From IMG/VR virus record IMGVR_UViG_3300016722_000011, positions 1 to 24,432 of that record: a stretch of 24,432 nucleotides of DNA. One strand, given 5' to 3'. This document shows, piece by piece, positions 1-8,197 of the stretch (the first letter of the stretch is position 1; each line of letters opens with the position of its first letter). Below the pieces are notes generated by a model. That model ran no database searches. It had not been told where the DNA came from and saw only the letters and a list, made by a program, of their open reading frames with translations. The position numbers and the translations under genes were made by a program. Source of the DNA: a virus. Lineage: Duplodnaviria; Caudoviricetes.

Positions 1-140
1 CGGTCAATATTTTGCACATGCAAGGAAGGAAAACTAATTTTTTATTATATTATAATTAATTAAGTAGTATGAGAATTATTATGAGTGTTAAAATGTAAGT
101 TAAGTATCTATTATTCATAATTTTAAGTGAATAATTTTAG

Positions 141-204
141 TTTGAGATTTTTTAGCACTTTTTGTTAAAAATTCTCTTTCATTTCATCTAATTTGAGATT
201 TTTT
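141..204 (+). repeat. 13-bp direct repeat TTTGAGATTTTTT (141-153, 192-204), candidate transposase-binding sites
   Basis: Exact repeat seen in sequence; function inferred from position near the presumed left end. Confidence 0.35.
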
Positions 205-214
205 TTATCAACCT

Positions 215-275
215 TTCAAACGGCGGTTAAACCTCATTTAAACCGCTTTTATAAGCCGTTTAACAGCTTTTATAC
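215..275 (+). repeat. Helically phased TT(T/C)AAAC-like array, about 11-bp period
   Basis: ttcaaac 215, gttaaac 226, tttaaac 237, tttataa 248, tttaaca 259, tttatac 269. Confidence 0.6.
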
Positions 276-320
276 AAATATCCATATATCTTACTTAAAA
301 GATGTAGAGATATTTTTTAC

Positions 321-429
321 AAAGGTCGCAACCAAAGGTAGCAACTAAGGGTAGCAACTGTTATTATGTAAATATCGCTTAAAAACGCAATATTTACATA
401 AATCATAATAAATTTTAGTTGCTACCTTC
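321..429. repeat. Three tandem AAAGGTAGCAAC-like repeats (321-332, 334-345, 347-358) plus one inverted copy (418-429), flanking a 12-15 bp inverted repeat (364-378/387-401)
   Basis: Read directly from sequence. Confidence 0.8.
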
Positions 430-463
430 GATACTAAAAAGTATCTGACATTCTGGCAAAATC

Positions 464-1078
464 TTACTTCTTAAAGATAGCAACAACTTTATATATTTCA
501 TTTACGTTTTTACGCAGTATTACCATCGGTACTACTGCCGGGTTTGCGCTTACCAAAAGCAAGGGTCCGCCCTTAAATTCTTCCTGTATCTGAATCTTTT
601 TTATTGCAGCCTTTGTCTCTTCATAGCGTACAGCAACTATTGAACCGTCTTTAATAAGTTTAGGGTTTCTATTGCACAATACTACATCTCCGGGTACAAT
701 AACCGGCATCATTGATAGCCCGTTCTCTTCGTCTACTTTTAGGCAGAAATGAGTCGAAGGGTCAAAATCCAGAGAAAAATATTCCGGCCAGTCGTGCTGG
801 TTGTAATCGGCTCCCTTCCCTGCCGGTATTGTACCCAGTATGGGAATATTACGGCTGTAACGGCTTTTTCCTTTAGCTTCAATTTGGTCTATACCAAGCA
901 GCCAGTTTATGTCACAGCCCATCTTAAGCAATTTCTTAAGTATTTCACCTCCCGGGACTGACTTATCATTGAAATAGTCGTATAGTCCAGGAGCTTTCAT
1001 ACCGATTGCTTCTGCAAATAAATTTACACTTCCAAACTTATTTACACCGAATTTTTTGAGTTTTTCGCCTGTTGTCAT
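464..1078 (-). CDS. cI: CI/LexA-like phage repressor (HTH plus S24 peptidase)
   Basis: N-terminal HTH (FAEAIGMKAPGLYDY..CDINWLLG), Ala-Gly cleavage site (IPAG), catalytic Ser (GLSMMP) and Lys (AIKK). Start placed at ATG 1078 rather than TTG 1093. Confidence 0.88.
   Translation of the reverse strand: MTTGEKLKKFGVNKFGSVNLFAEAIGMKAPGLYDYFNDKSVPGGEILKKLLKMGCDINWLLGIDQIEAKGKSRYSRNIPILGTIPAGKGADYNQHDWPEYFSLDFDPSTHFCLKVDEENGLSMMPVIVPGDVVLCNRNPKLIKDGSIVAVRYEETKAAIKKIQIQEEFKGGPLLLVSANPAVVPMVILRKNVNEIYKVVAIFKK
924..939. promoter_or_regulatory. Operator-like site inside cI (TTAAGCAATTTCTTAA)
   Basis: 15/16 match to the two intergenic operator copies. Confidence 0.55.
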
Positions 1079-1084
1079 AAAAAT

Positions 1085-1134
1085 ATTAAGCAATTCCTTA
1101 ATTTACTCTTGACAATAATTAAGCAATTCCTTAA
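1085..1134. promoter_or_regulatory. Two 17-bp operator repeats ATTAAGCAATTCCTTAA (1085-1101, 1118-1134)
   Basis: Exact direct repeat; each core is an imperfect palindrome TTAAG-N-AATT-N-CTTAA; lies between divergent cI and cro. Confidence 0.8.
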
Positions 1135-1137
1135 GTT
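1109..1137 (+). promoter_or_regulatory. Sigma70-type early lytic promoter (-35 TTGACA, -10 TAAGTT)
   Basis: TTGACA 1109-1114, 17-bp spacer, TAAGTT 1132-1137; the second operator covers the spacer and part of the -10. Confidence 0.7.
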
Positions 1138-1179
1138 AGTTAAAGATTATTTACTATTTTTTAACAAAAAAATGATGCT

Positions 1180-1353
1180 ATGAAAAACACCATTAAAAAT
1201 ATAGACATACGAATGATTAACCAGAGCGAAATTGCGAGACGACTGGGAATCAGTGTTGCCTATGTAAATATGATACTACACGGCCGTAAAAAAAGCACTA
1301 AATACTTAAAGCTTATACAGGATGAGATTAACAGTATTAAGAATTATGCATAA
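1180..1353 (+). CDS. Cro/Ner-like HTH regulator (57 aa, absent from ORF track)
   Basis: Translated by hand: MKNTIKNIDIRMINQSEIARRLGISVAYVNMILHGRKKSTKYLKLIQDEINSIKNYA; XRE-type HTH; divergent from cI. Confidence 0.85.
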   Translation: MKNTIKNIDIRMINQSEIARRLGISVAYVNMILHGRKKSTKYLKLIQDEINSIKNYA

Positions 1354-1432
1354 GAAAAGCCGTATGAACGTTATGCAATATACTAACCAAAATCTTATTA
1401 ATCCATTAAAAAAGTGAAGAGAAATTTTAAAG

Positions 1433-1897
1433 ATGGATACACATACTTTTAAAAGCCTTTTATATAAAACAATCCACCGGAACAAAAAAAGTGTTGCATT
1501 GATTGCTGACGAAACCGGCATCAGCGCAAATTATCTATATCGTGCAGGGCTCCCCTTGGACGAAAGCGGCGTTAAGTTTCCGGTTGAGTTTCTTGTCCCC
1601 TTGATGAATTCAACTAAAGATTACAGTGTTCTTAATCATTTAGCTAATATCTGCGGTTTTCTGCTTGTAAGGATACCGAGAGTCTGCCGGGATAAAAAAG
1701 ATGAAATAGACCTGGTAGATGATTATCAACAGGCATCAATTACAGCCGTAAACCTGCTAAAAGAGTTCTTCCGGCATCCGGATAAGACCTCTTATGACAG
1801 AGCAAGTGAGGCGCTTATGGAAATTATGAGTAAAAGTGCTTCGGCAAAAAAAGTACTGGATAAACAGGTTACCGGTCAATTGGAACTGGAGCTTTAA
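1433..1897 (+). CDS. Phage regulatory protein, CII (CP76)-like
   Basis: HTH (VALIADETGISANYLY) followed by FPVEFLVPLM..TKDYSVLNHLA..CG; lies between cro and the transposase. Confidence 0.6.
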   Translation: MDTHTFKSLLYKTIHRNKKSVALIADETGISANYLYRAGLPLDESGVKFPVEFLVPLMNSTKDYSVLNHLANICGFLLVRIPRVCRDKKDEIDLVDDYQQASITAVNLLKEFFRHPDKTSYDRASEALMEIMSKSASAKKVLDKQVTGQLELEL

Positions 1898-3924
1898 TGC
1901 CAAAGCTCAATGAAATATGGCTGCGGGTTAAAGAAGTTGCTGAGTTGCAGACGATAAGTCCGCAATTCATTAGAAAAAGATGCGCAGAAGGATATTATAT
2001 AACAAAGTTTATTGACGGCAACGGTGGAAAGCAATACTTAATCCTTCTTACATCTCTTCCGGACTCTGTCCAGGAAAAGTATTACCGGCTTGCCGGAAAT
2101 GCGGAAAAGGTTCAGGATATCGACCAGGCAGAAAATGATTCTATAATTTATAGCGAGCTTACCGGCTGGCAGAAAAACTTTGTTGATAAATATCTGCCTC
2201 TTATAAAAGCAAGCGAAGGATTGAAGGGCAAAGAGCTTAAAGATTTTCTTGCAATTTATGACGCAAAGGGCCTTAGCTACGGCAATTTTATGAAAGTAAA
2301 AAAAGCCTGGAAAGAAAACGGAATTGAAGGTTTGATTCCGGATTGGGGTAAAAATGTCGGCAGCTCAAAGATAAACGATTCCGATTTTGAATATTTTAAG
2401 CAGTTATACTTAAAAGAAGGCGGACCGTCTTTAATGGCCTGCTGGTACGGTACACGCGGTTTTGCTATTAAAAATGATGAAGGTGTTATTCCTAATGAAT
2501 ACCCGTCAGCAGTAACGTTTTTGCGTAAACTAAGAATTGAATGTCCTGCCGGTGCGATATTTCTTGCCAGGAACGGCCAGAAAAGGTATAACAAAAAATA
2601 CGCTTCATTCATTTCCCGAAATTATGATGAAATTTTGGCCGGCACAGTATGGGTATCAGACCACAGGCAATTGGACCAGGCGGTAATTGACATTCTGCCG
2701 GAAGATCCTGCAACTGATATTAAACGATATTTGAGTTATTACGGAACAAACCATCAGGGCAAGAAAAACAAGCCGCTATTTCCATGGATAACAGTATGGC
2801 GGGATTTCAAAACAGGAAAATGGCTGGGGTGGGATATTTACCCGGACAACCCGAACAGCGACCATATTTTCCAGGCATTTTACAACGCCGCAAGCAAGTA
2901 CGGAATTCCCGAACAGATACTACTTGATAACGGTAAGGATTATCGCTCAAAAGACTTTGCCGGCGGACGTAATGCTTACAAATTGCAGCTTGATGAAAAG
3001 AAAATTGACAGTATGATGAACCTTCTTAACATTACTGTTCATTATGCCAAGCCTTACAATGCACAGGCCAAGCCGATCGAAAGAGATTTTAAGATTTGGA
3101 AAGAATGGATGGATAAGCAGCTGCCGGGCTATCGGGGCGGAAACGTTGTTGAAAGACCTGAAAAGCTTTTGCAGGAAATACATCAGAACAAATTGATGGA
3201 TGTTGAAGAGCTTAAAGCAGCAGCAGAATATTTTATAGCTAACATTCTGCATAAATACCCCGGTAAAGGTAAAAACCTAAACGGAATGAACAGGGACGAA
3301 GCATTTTATAAGGAATTTAGGGGCCTTAATAAAGTAACGCCGGAAGCTCTTAAATTATTCTGTATGCGTACAAGCCAGGTATTAACAATAGGCAGAAACG
3401 GCTTAACGATAAACAGAAATTACAACTTGTATTATTGGGGTGAATGGATGCAGGGCCGGAAGGGCGTAAAAGTTTATATGCGGCGGGATCCTGAAAAATA
3501 CCAGGAAGCCTGGTGCTTTAATGTTACCAATGATGAGTATTTAGGCAAGGCTTATCTCAATGCGTGGGACTCCCCCGCCCTTGCAAATGATGATTTAAGC
3601 AAACAACAGCTTGCCGGCTTAATTAAAGCCCGCAATCAGGAGCTTAAAATTATGGAAAGTTACCTCCCTACTGCCCATATAGAACCGCAGGAGATACTGC
3701 ACAATATGGCTTTGGGACTGGCTTCAGCAACAGCAGAGCCGGAATTGAAGGAAAGTAAAATAATCCTTAACACAGTGATGGATAATGTTAACAGAAAAGC
3801 AATTGAAATGGAAAAGACCGGTACATACGGTTCAATACCGGCAATGCAGACCCATAAAAAGAAGATATTCTTGTTTGAATCTGAAAAACGTGCAGCTGAG
3901 AATAATAACGAGGATATAATTTAA
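1897..3924 (+). CDS. muA: Mu-type DDE transposase (MuA)
   Basis: N-terminal DNA-binding domain; DDE triad in WVSDH, LLDNGKDY and KPYNAQAKPIER; Mu transposase C-terminal region; adjacent ATPase. Confidence 0.95.
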   Translation: MPKLNEIWLRVKEVAELQTISPQFIRKRCAEGYYITKFIDGNGGKQYLILLTSLPDSVQEKYYRLAGNAEKVQDIDQAENDSIIYSELTGWQKNFVDKYLPLIKASEGLKGKELKDFLAIYDAKGLSYGNFMKVKKAWKENGIEGLIPDWGKNVGSSKINDSDFEYFKQLYLKEGGPSLMACWYGTRGFAIKNDEGVIPNEYPSAVTFLRKLRIECPAGAIFLARNGQKRYNKKYASFISRNYDEILAGTVWVSDHRQLDQAVIDILPEDPATDIKRYLSYYGTNHQGKKNKPLFPWITVWRDFKTGKWLGWDIYPDNPNSDHIFQAFYNAASKYGIPEQILLDNGKDYRSKDFAGGRNAYKLQLDEKKIDSMMNLLNITVHYAKPYNAQAKPIERDFKIWKEWMDKQLPGYRGGNVVERPEKLLQEIHQNKLMDVEELKAAAEYFIANILHKYPGKGKNLNGMNRDEAFYKEFRGLNKVTPEALKLFCMRTSQVLTIGRNGLTINRNYNLYYWGEWMQGRKGVKVYMRRDPEKYQEAWCFNVTNDEYLGKAYLNAWDSPALANDDLSKQQLAGLIKARNQELKIMESYLPTAHIEPQEILHNMALGLASATAEPELKESKIILNTVMDNVNRKAIEMEKTGTYGSIPAMQTHKKKIFLFESEKRAAENNNEDII

Positions 3925-3931
3925 AATAAAA

Positions 3932-3951
3932 ATACCCGTTACAGCGGGTAT
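3932..3951 (+). terminator. Hairpin ATACCCG-N6-CGGGTAT between MuA and MuB
   Basis: 7-bp perfect stem; weak U-tract on the plus strand, A-run upstream gives a U-tract on the minus strand. Confidence 0.4.
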
Positions 3952-3992
3952 ATGTTTAACTAATAGTTAAAGAAAAGAAAGGTTGGTTTTCA

Positions 3993-4892
3993 ATGGAAGA
4001 AAACACAAACACTGTTACAAAGTTAAAAAAATATTGTGAAGAACACAATAGCAGTCTTGCATCTGTTGCAAAAATGATACCCATTGCCTCAAGTACGCTT
4101 AATATGTGGGTAAATGGTAAATATGCCGGAAATTCCGGGAACATTAAAAAACTTGTAATTGCTTTCCTTGAACGGCAAAATGAGATAGCAAAAATTGATT
4201 TGCGGGAAATTCCTTTTATGATGTTAAGCAATGCTGAAGCAGTATTTGACATCGCTTATGACTGCCAGGTAAGAAGGGAAATCGGCGTTTTGGTAGGTGA
4301 AGCCGGCAGCGGAAAAACAATGGCCGTAAAGGAATATACAGCAAAGAACAGCAGTGCTATTCTTATTGAAGCCGACCTTGGTTATTCAGCTAAGGTGTTA
4401 TTCAAGGAACTGCACAGAAGACTTGGGCTTGACGGCATCGGGCACATCCACGATTTGTTTGATAAGGCTGTTAAAAGGCTTGAAAACAGCAACAGGCTTA
4501 TAATTGTTGATGAAGCCGAATATCTGCCTTACAGGGCGCTTGAGTTAGTACGGAGAATTAATGACAAGGCTAAGATTGGAATTTTGCTAACAGGCTTACC
4601 GCGTTTAATACATAATTTAAGCGGCTTCAAAGGCGAGTATCAGCAGCTGTACAGCCGTGTCGGTATGGTACGGCGGCTTGACAAATTTTCAGAAGAAGAT
4701 GTTGAAATGCTGGTTAAAGATTTCTTTCCTAACTCTAACGGAGTTTGGAAAGCCTTTTACAAAAAGAGCGGCGGAAACGGCCGTCTGCTTGAAAAGATGC
4801 TTTTGAGGAGCCGGGATGCGTTACATCTGAACGGGCTTCAAACCGTTAATGAAGATGTTGTTGATGCTGTTTCAAAAATATTATTACACTAG
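3993..4892 (+). CDS. muB: MuB-like transposition ATPase (HTH plus AAA)
   Basis: Walker A GEAGSGKT, Walker B LIIVDEAE, QLYSRVG arginine-finger motif. Confidence 0.93.
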   Translation: MEENTNTVTKLKKYCEEHNSSLASVAKMIPIASSTLNMWVNGKYAGNSGNIKKLVIAFLERQNEIAKIDLREIPFMMLSNAEAVFDIAYDCQVRREIGVLVGEAGSGKTMAVKEYTAKNSSAILIEADLGYSAKVLFKELHRRLGLDGIGHIHDLFDKAVKRLENSNRLIIVDEAEYLPYRALELVRRINDKAKIGILLTGLPRLIHNLSGFKGEYQQLYSRVGMVRRLDKFSEEDVEMLVKDFFPNSNGVWKAFYKKSGGNGRLLEKMLLRSRDALHLNGLQTVNEDVVDAVSKILLH

Positions 4893-4901
4893 GAGGCGGA
4901 A

Positions 4902-5207
4902 ATGGACGAGACAAATAGAATAGCAGATGTCGTTTTAACAATTCAGGAAAGCATAAAACGCAATACTGATAAAACTGAAGATCTTAGCAAAAAGTTAGAC
5001 ACTGCCGAGGCAGGATATAACAAATATATTAGCATATTCAATCAGATTAAAGAAGCTAAGAGAGAGAAATCCGAGTTGATAAAGACTCTAAATTCCATGA
5101 TTAAATTGTATGAGCTTACGACCGGTAAAAAGTTTGAAGAACCAAATTTGTTTAATACGGCAGAGCCGGATAATATGGAGGTATTAAATGCCGCACAAAT
5201 TAACTGA
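4902..5207 (+). CDS. Hypothetical coiled-coil early protein
   Basis: ORF with GGAGG RBS in a tightly packed operon. Confidence 0.7.
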   Translation: MDETNRIADVVLTIQESIKRNTDKTEDLSKKLDTAEAGYNKYISIFNQIKEAKREKSELIKTLNSMIKLYELTTGKKFEEPNLFNTAEPDNMEVLNAAQIN

Positions 5208-5424
5208 AACTTTTGTAATTGATGCCTGTAGGCAAATGCACCCGGAATCCGCTGACGTGGAGGCTGTTATGCTTGAATCCCTGAAGTACAGAAAGATGGC
5301 TTTACTAAAGGCAAAAAACAATGTCAACAATCAGGAAGATGTAGATATGTTTTATTTCCTAAAAAAAATAAAAGACAGTTTACTTGAAGAGGAAATACAA
5401 AAGGCCTATGAAACCCGTAATTGA
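5188..5424 (+). CDS. Hypothetical early protein
   Basis: GGAGG RBS; overlaps neighbours in the operon. Confidence 0.65.
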   Translation: MPHKLTETFVIDACRQMHPESADVEAVMLESLKYRKMALLKAKNNVNNQEDVDMFYFLKKIKDSLLEEEIQKAYETRN

Positions 5425-5599
5425 GAATATCTGCATGGAAATTAACGGCCTGATTGACAAATTATCAGAGATGGAGGATGCTGAAGCGCTTATGGCTTTA
5501 GAATCCGTAAAACTAAAACTGCTTATAACTTTAGTAAAAATGAAAGAAAATAAAATTTTAGGGAGCCGGTATGAAAGTACAAATGGTTGCAATGGATGA
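5408..5599 (+). CDS. Hypothetical early protein
   Basis: ATG 5408 (MKPVIENIC..); overlaps neighbours in the operon. Confidence 0.5.
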   Translation: MKPVIENICMEINGLIDKLSEMEDAEALMALESVKLKLLITLVKMKENKILGSRYESTNGCNG

Positions 5600-5879
5600 C
5601 TTGTTTGATCAAAATAATTATAACAGCGCTGAATCCTATAATTCTATGGATGTCCGGGAATTAAGATTATCTCAAAAACGGACGGTGCTTTTTGCGATTA
5701 AATGTCTTTCTAAAGCCTGCGATAGAGATATAGCAGAGCTTACGGGATTGAGTTTAAGCATAATTCCTGATAGGCGCGCATCTCTTTTAAAAGAAGGTTT
5801 GATTGAAATGAGCGGTAAATATATATGCCGTTCGACAGGAAAATTTGTAACATACTATAAAATAAAAGAAGGAGAATAG
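5571..5879 (+). CDS. Winged-helix DNA-binding protein
   Basis: CDRDIAELTGLSLSIIPDRRASLLKEGLIE..TGK wHTH pattern; GGAG RBS. Confidence 0.7.
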   Translation: MKVQMVAMDDLFDQNNYNSAESYNSMDVRELRLSQKRTVLFAIKCLSKACDRDIAELTGLSLSIIPDRRASLLKEGLIEMSGKYICRSTGKFVTYYKIKEGE

Positions 5880-5880
5880 A

Positions 5881-6405
5881 ATGAAGTTCGCTAATTATAG
5901 TGATGTGGACTATGCGATAAAAACTATTGCAGAAAAAGAGATCATAATATCAAAGAAAGAGGCGGATATGAATCTCAAGATCAATAATATCAAAGAAAAG
6001 TATGTCGAGGAGACGAACGCATTTCAAGAGGAAGTAGACAAACTTAGAACGGATATTAAGGCGTATTGCAAAAAAAATAAAGAAGACTTTGAGAAGTTAA
6101 GGAGTAAGAGTTTAAATTTTGGGACTATTGGCTTTAGAAATACCCCGCCTAAGGTATTGATGCTAAGCCGTAAGTATACACCTGATACAGCCAAAGAACT
6201 GGTAAAAAAGATTTTGGAGACCAAGTATATTAGAACAAAAGATGAATTGGACAAAGACCAGATACTTGCTGATTATGCAGCTAAAGTTCTTGATGATGCA
6301 AAATTGGCAAGTGTAGGTTTGAAGATAGATAATTCCGAAGTGTTTTACTGTGATGTTAATTTTGAGGCTTTGGAAGCGGTTCCGGCAGAAGTATCAAAAA
6401 ATTAA
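5881..6405 (+). CDS. gam: Host-nuclease inhibitor Gam
   Basis: N-terminal coiled coil, KSLNFGTIGFR, YIRTKDELDKDQIL, GLKI..EVF; Mu-like context. Confidence 0.9.
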   Translation: MKFANYSDVDYAIKTIAEKEIIISKKEADMNLKINNIKEKYVEETNAFQEEVDKLRTDIKAYCKKNKEDFEKLRSKSLNFGTIGFRNTPPKVLMLSRKYTPDTAKELVKKILETKYIRTKDELDKDQILADYAAKVLDDAKLASVGLKIDNSEVFYCDVNFEALEAVPAEVSKN

Positions 6406-6435
6406 ATACCCACAAAACAAATAGATGGTTCAATG

Positions 6436-6485
6436 GCCGGCTAAAGCAGTTGGGTTGCTTTCCCGCAAGGGTTAGCCGGCTTTGA
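6436..6485 (+). other. Branched RNA structure or terminator downstream of gam
   Basis: Outer stem GCCGGCTAA/TTAGCCGGC enclosing two hairpins, one CCC-GCAA-GGG. Confidence 0.55.
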
Positions 6486-6505
6486 TTAAAAAAGGAAGGT
6501 AAAAG

Positions 6506-6901
6506 ATGGAAAATAAATATTTTGATAAAATTAAGGACGCCGGCTTTGAAATTTACCTGCTAGATAAAATAGTTAAGTCAAAGCACGGTTGGTTTATACA
6601 AGGCTATGAAGGTGGTCATTTTAAGATAATACGTGGCTTTGAGAAAAAAAAGGATGCTGTAATATACCTTAGAAATTTATTGAGCTGTAATACTTTTATC
6701 TCAGTTGGGCTCACAAAGGACGATAGAGATAAGCTAATAAATAAAGGCTTTACATTTTACAGACTGAGAGCTGACCACTCAATTTGGTTTATGGATGCAA
6801 GTTATAGGGAATGGAAACTATTCAGTAGATTTACTGCTGAAGACCAGGCTAAGAAGGAGCTGGCAAGCTTGTTAGAAGATAAATTCGCACTGGAGGATTG
6901 A
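6506..6901 (+). CDS. Hypothetical protein
   Basis: 131-aa ORF with AGGAAGG RBS. Confidence 0.7.
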   Translation: MENKYFDKIKDAGFEIYLLDKIVKSKHGWFIQGYEGGHFKIIRGFEKKKDAVIYLRNLLSCNTFISVGLTKDDRDKLINKGFTFYRLRADHSIWFMDASYREWKLFSRFTAEDQAKKELASLLEDKFALED

Positions 6902-6904
6902 GGT

Positions 6905-7192
6905 ATGAGCTATGAATATTCAGATGTTGACTGCCCTTATTGTGGGGCACCTAATGACATAAACCACGATGATGGTTATGGATATGCAGAGAATGAAAAA
7001 TTTAGCCAAGAATGTGAAGGTTGCGGGAAGACATTCGTTTATACGACAGCAATTATTTTTGACTATGATGCTGAAAAAGCACCCTGCCTAAATGGCGGTG
7101 AGCACAAATACAAAGAGCTACCGACCAGTTTAGGGACTCTGCATGAATGCGAATATTGCGGAGATCAAATTAGAGAGGTTAAAAATGGATAG
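6905..7192 (+). CDS. Cys-rich zinc-ribbon protein
   Basis: CPYC..CEGC and C..H..CEYC motifs; GAGG RBS. Confidence 0.7.
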   Translation: MSYEYSDVDCPYCGAPNDINHDDGYGYAENEKFSQECEGCGKTFVYTTAIIFDYDAEKAPCLNGGEHKYKELPTSLGTLHECEYCGDQIREVKNG

Positions 7193-7397
7193 AAATTGTA
7201 GAACTTGTGCACATAAAATAATAAAGTTTGTCCCTGCCCCGTGCTGTAAATTAACTAAAAGATATGATGCTTCAGGAGTATCATATCGAATAGATACATG
7301 TAGGTCTTATTTTAACACCTGCAAAGGGGATAATTGGAAACCAAATTTAATTATTCGCATTAAAATGTTTTTCAACGGAGGTAAATTAAATGGATAA
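7185..7397 (+). CDS. Small Cys-rich hypothetical protein
   Basis: ATG 7185 after GAGG (MDRNCRTCAH..). Confidence 0.6.
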   Translation: MDRNCRTCAHKIIKFVPAPCCKLTKRYDASGVSYRIDTCRSYFNTCKGDNWKPNLIIRIKMFFNGGKLNG

Positions 7398-7575
7398 AGA
7401 ATTAGCAAAAATATTGAAAAATCTGGAGGCTGATGTAAAGAACTTCCGGATGATTATAAATAAACGTCACTCTGAAATCAACAAAAAAGGCCTTACTGAC
7501 CGAGTTGCGCAGGTTGAATATCATTGTTCATCTCTTAAAATAGCTGTTAATAATTTGCGAGGCAATAAATGTTAA
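7390..7575 (+). CDS. Hypothetical protein
   Basis: GGAGG RBS; overlaps neighbours. Confidence 0.6.
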   Translation: MDKELAKILKNLEADVKNFRMIINKRHSEINKKGLTDRVAQVEYHCSSLKIAVNNLRGNKC

Positions 7576-7802
7576 GCCCGGAAGATGTTATTATTCTTGA
7601 TGCTGCCATTACTATACTGAAGGAACAACAGGCGGAAATAAATAAGCTTCATGAATCAATGTCTAAAAAGAACAAAGGAATGATTTCTCTATTAACTACA
7701 ATTATGCAGCAGAATTGTTCACATAAAAATGCAGACGGCACAAGTGCAATTAAGAAAAGTATGCTTTTTGATACATGCAGCATCTGCGGGAAGGAGTGGT
7801 AA
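7569..7802 (+). CDS. Hypothetical protein with C-terminal zinc motif
   Basis: Coiled coil followed by CSH..CSICG. Confidence 0.65.
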   Translation: MLSPEDVIILDAAITILKEQQAEINKLHESMSKKNKGMISLLTTIMQQNCSHKNADGTSAIKKSMLFDTCSICGKEW

Positions 7803-7803
7803 A

Positions 7804-8196
7804 ATGATTTCGGCAGCGCAAATAAAGCTTATCCGGGTAGCAGCAAGCCGATGCGGTCTTGATGAAGAAACATACAGGGCCCTTATTGCCGGTTTTGGCG
7901 TTGAGCATACCCGTGACCTCAATACAAAAGATGTTAACACTATAATTAGCAAATTCAGACAAATGGGCTTCAAACAGACGACCATTAAGAATGTAACCCC
8001 AAAAAAGCCTGAGCATTGCAGAATAACTCAAAGCCAGTTAGATTATATTGCTGCAATGTGGAAAGAAAAAAGCCGGGCAAAGGATATACAGAGTTTAAAT
8101 AAACTGTGTAAAAAAATTACCGGAATTGATAATATAAGCTGGCTAATGAAAACAGACGCCAGCAAATTAATTGCAGCAGTAAAAAACTTAGGATAA
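7804..8196 (+). CDS. gemA: GemA / Mu gp16 (DUF1018) family protein
   Basis: MISAAQIKLIRVA..GLDEETYRALI..TRDL and WL..DASKLIAAVK; start at 7804 after GGAG. Confidence 0.85.
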   Translation: MISAAQIKLIRVAASRCGLDEETYRALIAGFGVEHTRDLNTKDVNTIISKFRQMGFKQTTIKNVTPKKPEHCRITQSQLDYIAAMWKEKSRAKDIQSLNKLCKKITGIDNISWLMKTDASKLIAAVKNLG

Positions 8197-8197
8197 T

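Noticed and set aside
321-358. Short repeats as a CRISPR mini-array
   Set aside because: Units are 12 bp with 1-nt gaps; no spacers and no cas genes
749-961. Antisense or alternate-frame ORFs such as 749-961, 1306-1521, 2277-2612, 2947-3252, 3956-4252, 6024-6254, 9688-9966, 9982-10317, 14594-14953, 15999-16241, 22447-22689
   Set aside because: They overlap well-supported genes, mostly on the opposite strand, and show no recognisable motifs
1897-4892. Transposase plus ATPase as an IS21, Tn7 or CAST element
   Set aside because: Embedded with gam, gemA and a full virion gene set; no TniQ or Cas genes
7729-7803. N-terminal extension of GemA in the ORF track
   Set aside because: Overlaps the upstream gene; family similarity and the RBS point to ATG 7804
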